Part shown: positions 60,901 through 64,000 of the stretch, in pieces
Layout of the letters: each line of letters opens with the position of its first letter
Numbering within the stretch: the stretch's first letter is position 1
Assembly (NCBI RefSeq): GCF_009914755.1
Contig: NC_060940.1
Reading direction: 5' to 3' (one strand)
Source: the human T2T-CHM13v2.0 reference genome, Homo sapiens
DNA length: 64,000 nucleotides
The notes under the pieces: model-generated
What the model was told of the DNA's origin: nothing
Databases searched by the model: none
Seen by the model: only the letters and a program-made list of their open reading frames with translations
Program-made: the position numbers and the translations under genes

Positions 60901-63900
60901 CCAATGGATTCCATTCAATGATGATTCCATTCGACTCCATTCAGTGATTCCATTCGAGTCCATTTGATGATTCCATTCTTTTCCATTTGATGATGATTCC
61001 ATTAGGGTCCATTCAATGATTCCATTCGAGTCCATTCGTTAATGCCTTTCGAGTCCTTTTGATCACTACATTCGAGTCCATTCAATGATTCTATTCGATT
61101 CCATTCCATGATGATTCCATTCGAGTTCATTCGATGATTGCATTCGAGTCCATTTGATGATTCCATATGATTCCCTTCGACAATGATTCCATTCGTGTCC
61201 ATTTGATGATTCCATTCATTTCCTATCGATGAAGATTCCATTCAAGTGTATTCGATGATTCCATTCAAATCCATTCGATGATGATTCCATTCCAGTCCAT
61301 TCGATCATTCCACTTGATTCCATTTGATGACTATTCCATTCAAATCCATTTGATGATTCCATTCGATTCCATTCGATGTTACCATTCGAGTATATACGAT
61401 GATTCCACTCGATTCCATTTGATGATTATTCCATTGGAGTCCACTTAGTGAATCCTTTAGATTCTACTCGAAGATGATTCCATTCGAGTCCATTCGATGA
61501 TACCATTCAATTCCATTCGTTGATGCTTCCATTCAAGTGCATTCGATGATATCATTCGATTCCATTTGATGATAATTCCATTTGATTCCATGCGATGATT
61601 CTATTCGATTCCATTCAATGATAATTCCATTCAATTCAGTGATTCCTCTGGACTCCATTTGATGATGATTCCATTCAATGATTCCATTCGATTCTATTCG
61701 AAAATGATTCCATTTGAATCCATTTGATGATGATTCCATTGGATTCCATTTGATGATTCCATTCGATTCCATTCGATGATGATTCCATTCGATTCCTTTT
61801 GATGATTCCATTCTATTGTATTCGATGATGATTCCATTCGATTCCATTCGATGATGATTGGATTCGATTCCATTTGATGATTTCATTTGATTCCATTCGA
61901 TAATGATTTCGATCAATTCCATTCGATGATTCCATTCGATTCCATTCGATAATGATTACATCCGAGTCCATTCGATGATTCCATTTGAGCCCGTTCGATA
62001 ATTCCATTTGAGTCCAATCAATGATTCCATTCATTTCCATTCAATGATTCCATTCGAGTCCATTTGATCATTCCGGTAGGGTCCGTTCGATGTTGATTCC
62101 ATTGGAGTGCATTCGATGATTCCATTCGAGTCCATTTTATGATTTGATTCGAGTCCTTTCGATGATTCCATTCGATTCCACTTGATGATGATTTCATTCG
62201 AGTCCATTCGACACTTCCAATCGATTCCATTTGATGTTTCCATTCGAGTCCAATTGATGATTCCATTCAATTCCATTCGATGATGATTCCGTACGATTCC
62301 ATTCTGTGATGATTCCATGTGATTGCATTCCATGATGATTCCTTTCGATTGCATTCGATTATGATTCATTTCGTGTTCATTCTATGGTTCCACAGGTTTC
62401 CATTCGATGACGTTTCCGTTCGTGTCCATTCCATTATTCCATTCTATTTCATTTGATGATGATTCCATTCGATTCCATTCATTGGTGATTCCACTCAATT
62501 CCATTCAATGATTCCATTCCATTTCTTTCAACAATGATTCCATTAGTTTCTATTCGATGATCCACTTGATTCCATTTGGCGATGATTCCATTCGTGTCCA
62601 TTCGATGATTCCATTTGATTCCATATGATGATGATTCCATTCGATTCCATACCATGATGATTCCATTCGGGTCCATTCAATGGTGATTCCATTCAATTCC
62701 ATTCGATGATTCCTTCCGATTCCATTCGATGATGATGGCATTCGATTCCTTTCAATCATTCCCTTTGATTCCATTCAAAGGTGATTTCATTCAAGTCCAT
62801 TCGATAATTGCATTCGATTCCATTCTATGATGATTCCATTCGAGTCCATTTGATGATTCCATTCAATTCAAGTCAATGATGATTCCATTCAATTCCACTC
62901 GATGATTCCATTGGATTCCATTCGATGATGATTCCATTCAAATCCATTCGATAATTCAATTCAAGTCCATTCGATGATGATTCCAATCGAATCCATTCAA
63001 AGATTCCATTCAATTCCATTCGATGATGATTCCCTTAGATTCCATTCGATGATTCCACTTGATTCCATTTACGATGATTCCATTCGATTCCATGTGATGA
63101 ATCCATTCAATTCTATTCAATGATGTTTCCATTTGATTCCATTGGACCATGATTGCCTTTGATTCCATTCAATGATTCCATTCGGTTCCATTTGATGATG
63201 ATTCCGTTCGATTCCATTTCATTATTCCATTTGATTCCATTGGATGAGTCCATTCGATTACATTCGATGATTATTCCATTCGAGTGTATTAGATGATTGC
63301 ATTCGAGTCCATTCGATGATTCCATTCGATTCCATTCGATGTTGATTCTGTTCAAATCCATTCGATGATTCCACTCAATTCCAATCGATGACTCCATTTG
63401 ATCCCATTCGATGATTTCCTGTGATTCCCTTTGATGATCATTCTATTTGATTCAATTCGGTGATTTCATTTCATTCCATTCAGTGATGTTTCCATTCGAC
63501 TGTATTCGATGATGATTCCATTCGACTCCATTCGATTATGATTTCATTCAATTCCATTCAATAATGATTCCCTTCGAGTCCATTCGATGATTCCATTCGA
63601 TTCCATTCAACGATGATTTGATTCGTTTCCATTCGATGATTCCATTTGATTCCACTTGATGATGATTCCATTCGAGTCCATTTGATGATTCCATTCGAGT
63701 CTATTTATGTATTATATTCGTGTCCACTTCATGATTCCATTCAATTCCATTTAATGTTGATTCCATTTGATTCCATTTGATGATTCAGTTCGATTCCTTG
63801 CAATGATTCCCTACGATTCCTTTCTCTGATGATTCCATTCGATTCCATTCATTGATGATTTCATTCGACTCCATTCGATGATGATTCCTTTCGATTCCAT

Positions 63901-64000
63901 TTGACGATGTTTCCATTCGAGTCCATTCGATGATGATTCTATTCAATTCTGTTCTATTATGATTCCATTCGATTTCATTCAATGCTTCTATTTGATTCCA
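53140..64000 (+). repeat. 4130-bp higher-order repeat, ~2.6 near-identical tandem copies, continuing past the window end
   Basis: Exact 4130 spacing of markers: 53273/57403/61533, 53758/57888/62018, 54219/58349/62479, 54853/58983/63113, 55525/59655/63785 and 56872/61002. Only isolated substitutions are visible downstream of ~54.1 kb. Confidence 0.95.

Larger units (their letters stand above)
1..64000 (+). repeat. Human Satellite II (HSat2/HSATII)-type tandem satellite array, CATTC strand on +
   Basis: Every line consists of variants of ATTCCATTCGATTCCATTCGATGATG / ATTCCATTCGAGTCCATTCGATG. The CATTCGATTC and GATGAT motifs, with dense TCGA (TaqI) and GANTC (HinfI) sites, are the established signature of HSat2, as opposed to the (CATTC)n-CAACCCGAGT pattern of HSat3. 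No non-satellite sequence or orientation switch was seen. Confidence 0.97.

Noticed and set aside
183-63982. Numerous 60-193 aa ORFs, mostly on the minus strand (MESNGIIEWNRMESS-type), including 10910..11491 (193 aa)
   Set aside because: They are direct translations of the GAATG/GAATC satellite strand, which is rich in ATG and poor in stop codons. They overlap in several frames, shift frame freely between paralogous copies and show no domain-like sequence. They were used only as positional markers.
1-64000. CRISPR-like array of 23-26-bp repeats
   Set aside because: There are no unique spacers between repeats and no cas genes. The units are contiguous degenerate satellite monomers.
1-64000. 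HSat3, alpha satellite or telomeric repeat identity
   Set aside because: It lacks long pure (CATTC)n runs with CAACCCGAGT spacers, 171-bp monomers and TTAGGG arrays. The CATTCGATTC/GATGAT grammar is HSat2.
1-64000. Assignment to a specific chromosome, species or HSat2 subfamily
   Set aside because: This cannot be supported by eye. It needs alignment to T2T assemblies or subfamily-specific k-mer classification.
1-64000. A novel gene-encoded biological system
   Set aside because: No non-satellite sequence exists in the window. The only unexplained structure is the repeat architecture reported under findings.

Overview
The whole 64-kb window is a single-orientation primate pericentromeric satellite array of the Human Satellite II (HSat2/HSATII) type. 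It consists of diverged CATTC/GATTC pentamers organised into 23/26-bp units such as CATTCGATTCCATTCGATGAT(GAT)TC and CATTCGAGTCCATTCGATGATTC, with the CATTC strand on +. I see no credible gene, RNA gene, transposon insertion, CRISPR array or inversion. All ORFs are translation artefacts of the (GAATG)-derived repeat, but they are useful positional markers. The real content is a nested higher-order architecture. (i) A left domain (~1-21.3 kb) has a ~11.8-kb unit present ~1.8 times, and the first copy carries an extra 836/840-bp tandem duplication. (ii) A middle domain (~21.3-53 kb) has ~9.9-10-kb units that are a rearranged, shorter version of the same modules, with a ~310-bp patch replacement and a ~1.9-2.0-kb tandem duplication. 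(iii) A right domain (~53.1-64 kb) has a near-identical 4130-bp unit repeated ~2.6 times, whose origin by unequal exchange can be traced from diagnostic variants. Breakpoint coordinates were read by eye and are approximate (tens of bp). I found no evidence for a new protein- or RNA-coding system, and species, chromosome and HSat2 subfamily cannot be assigned without a search.
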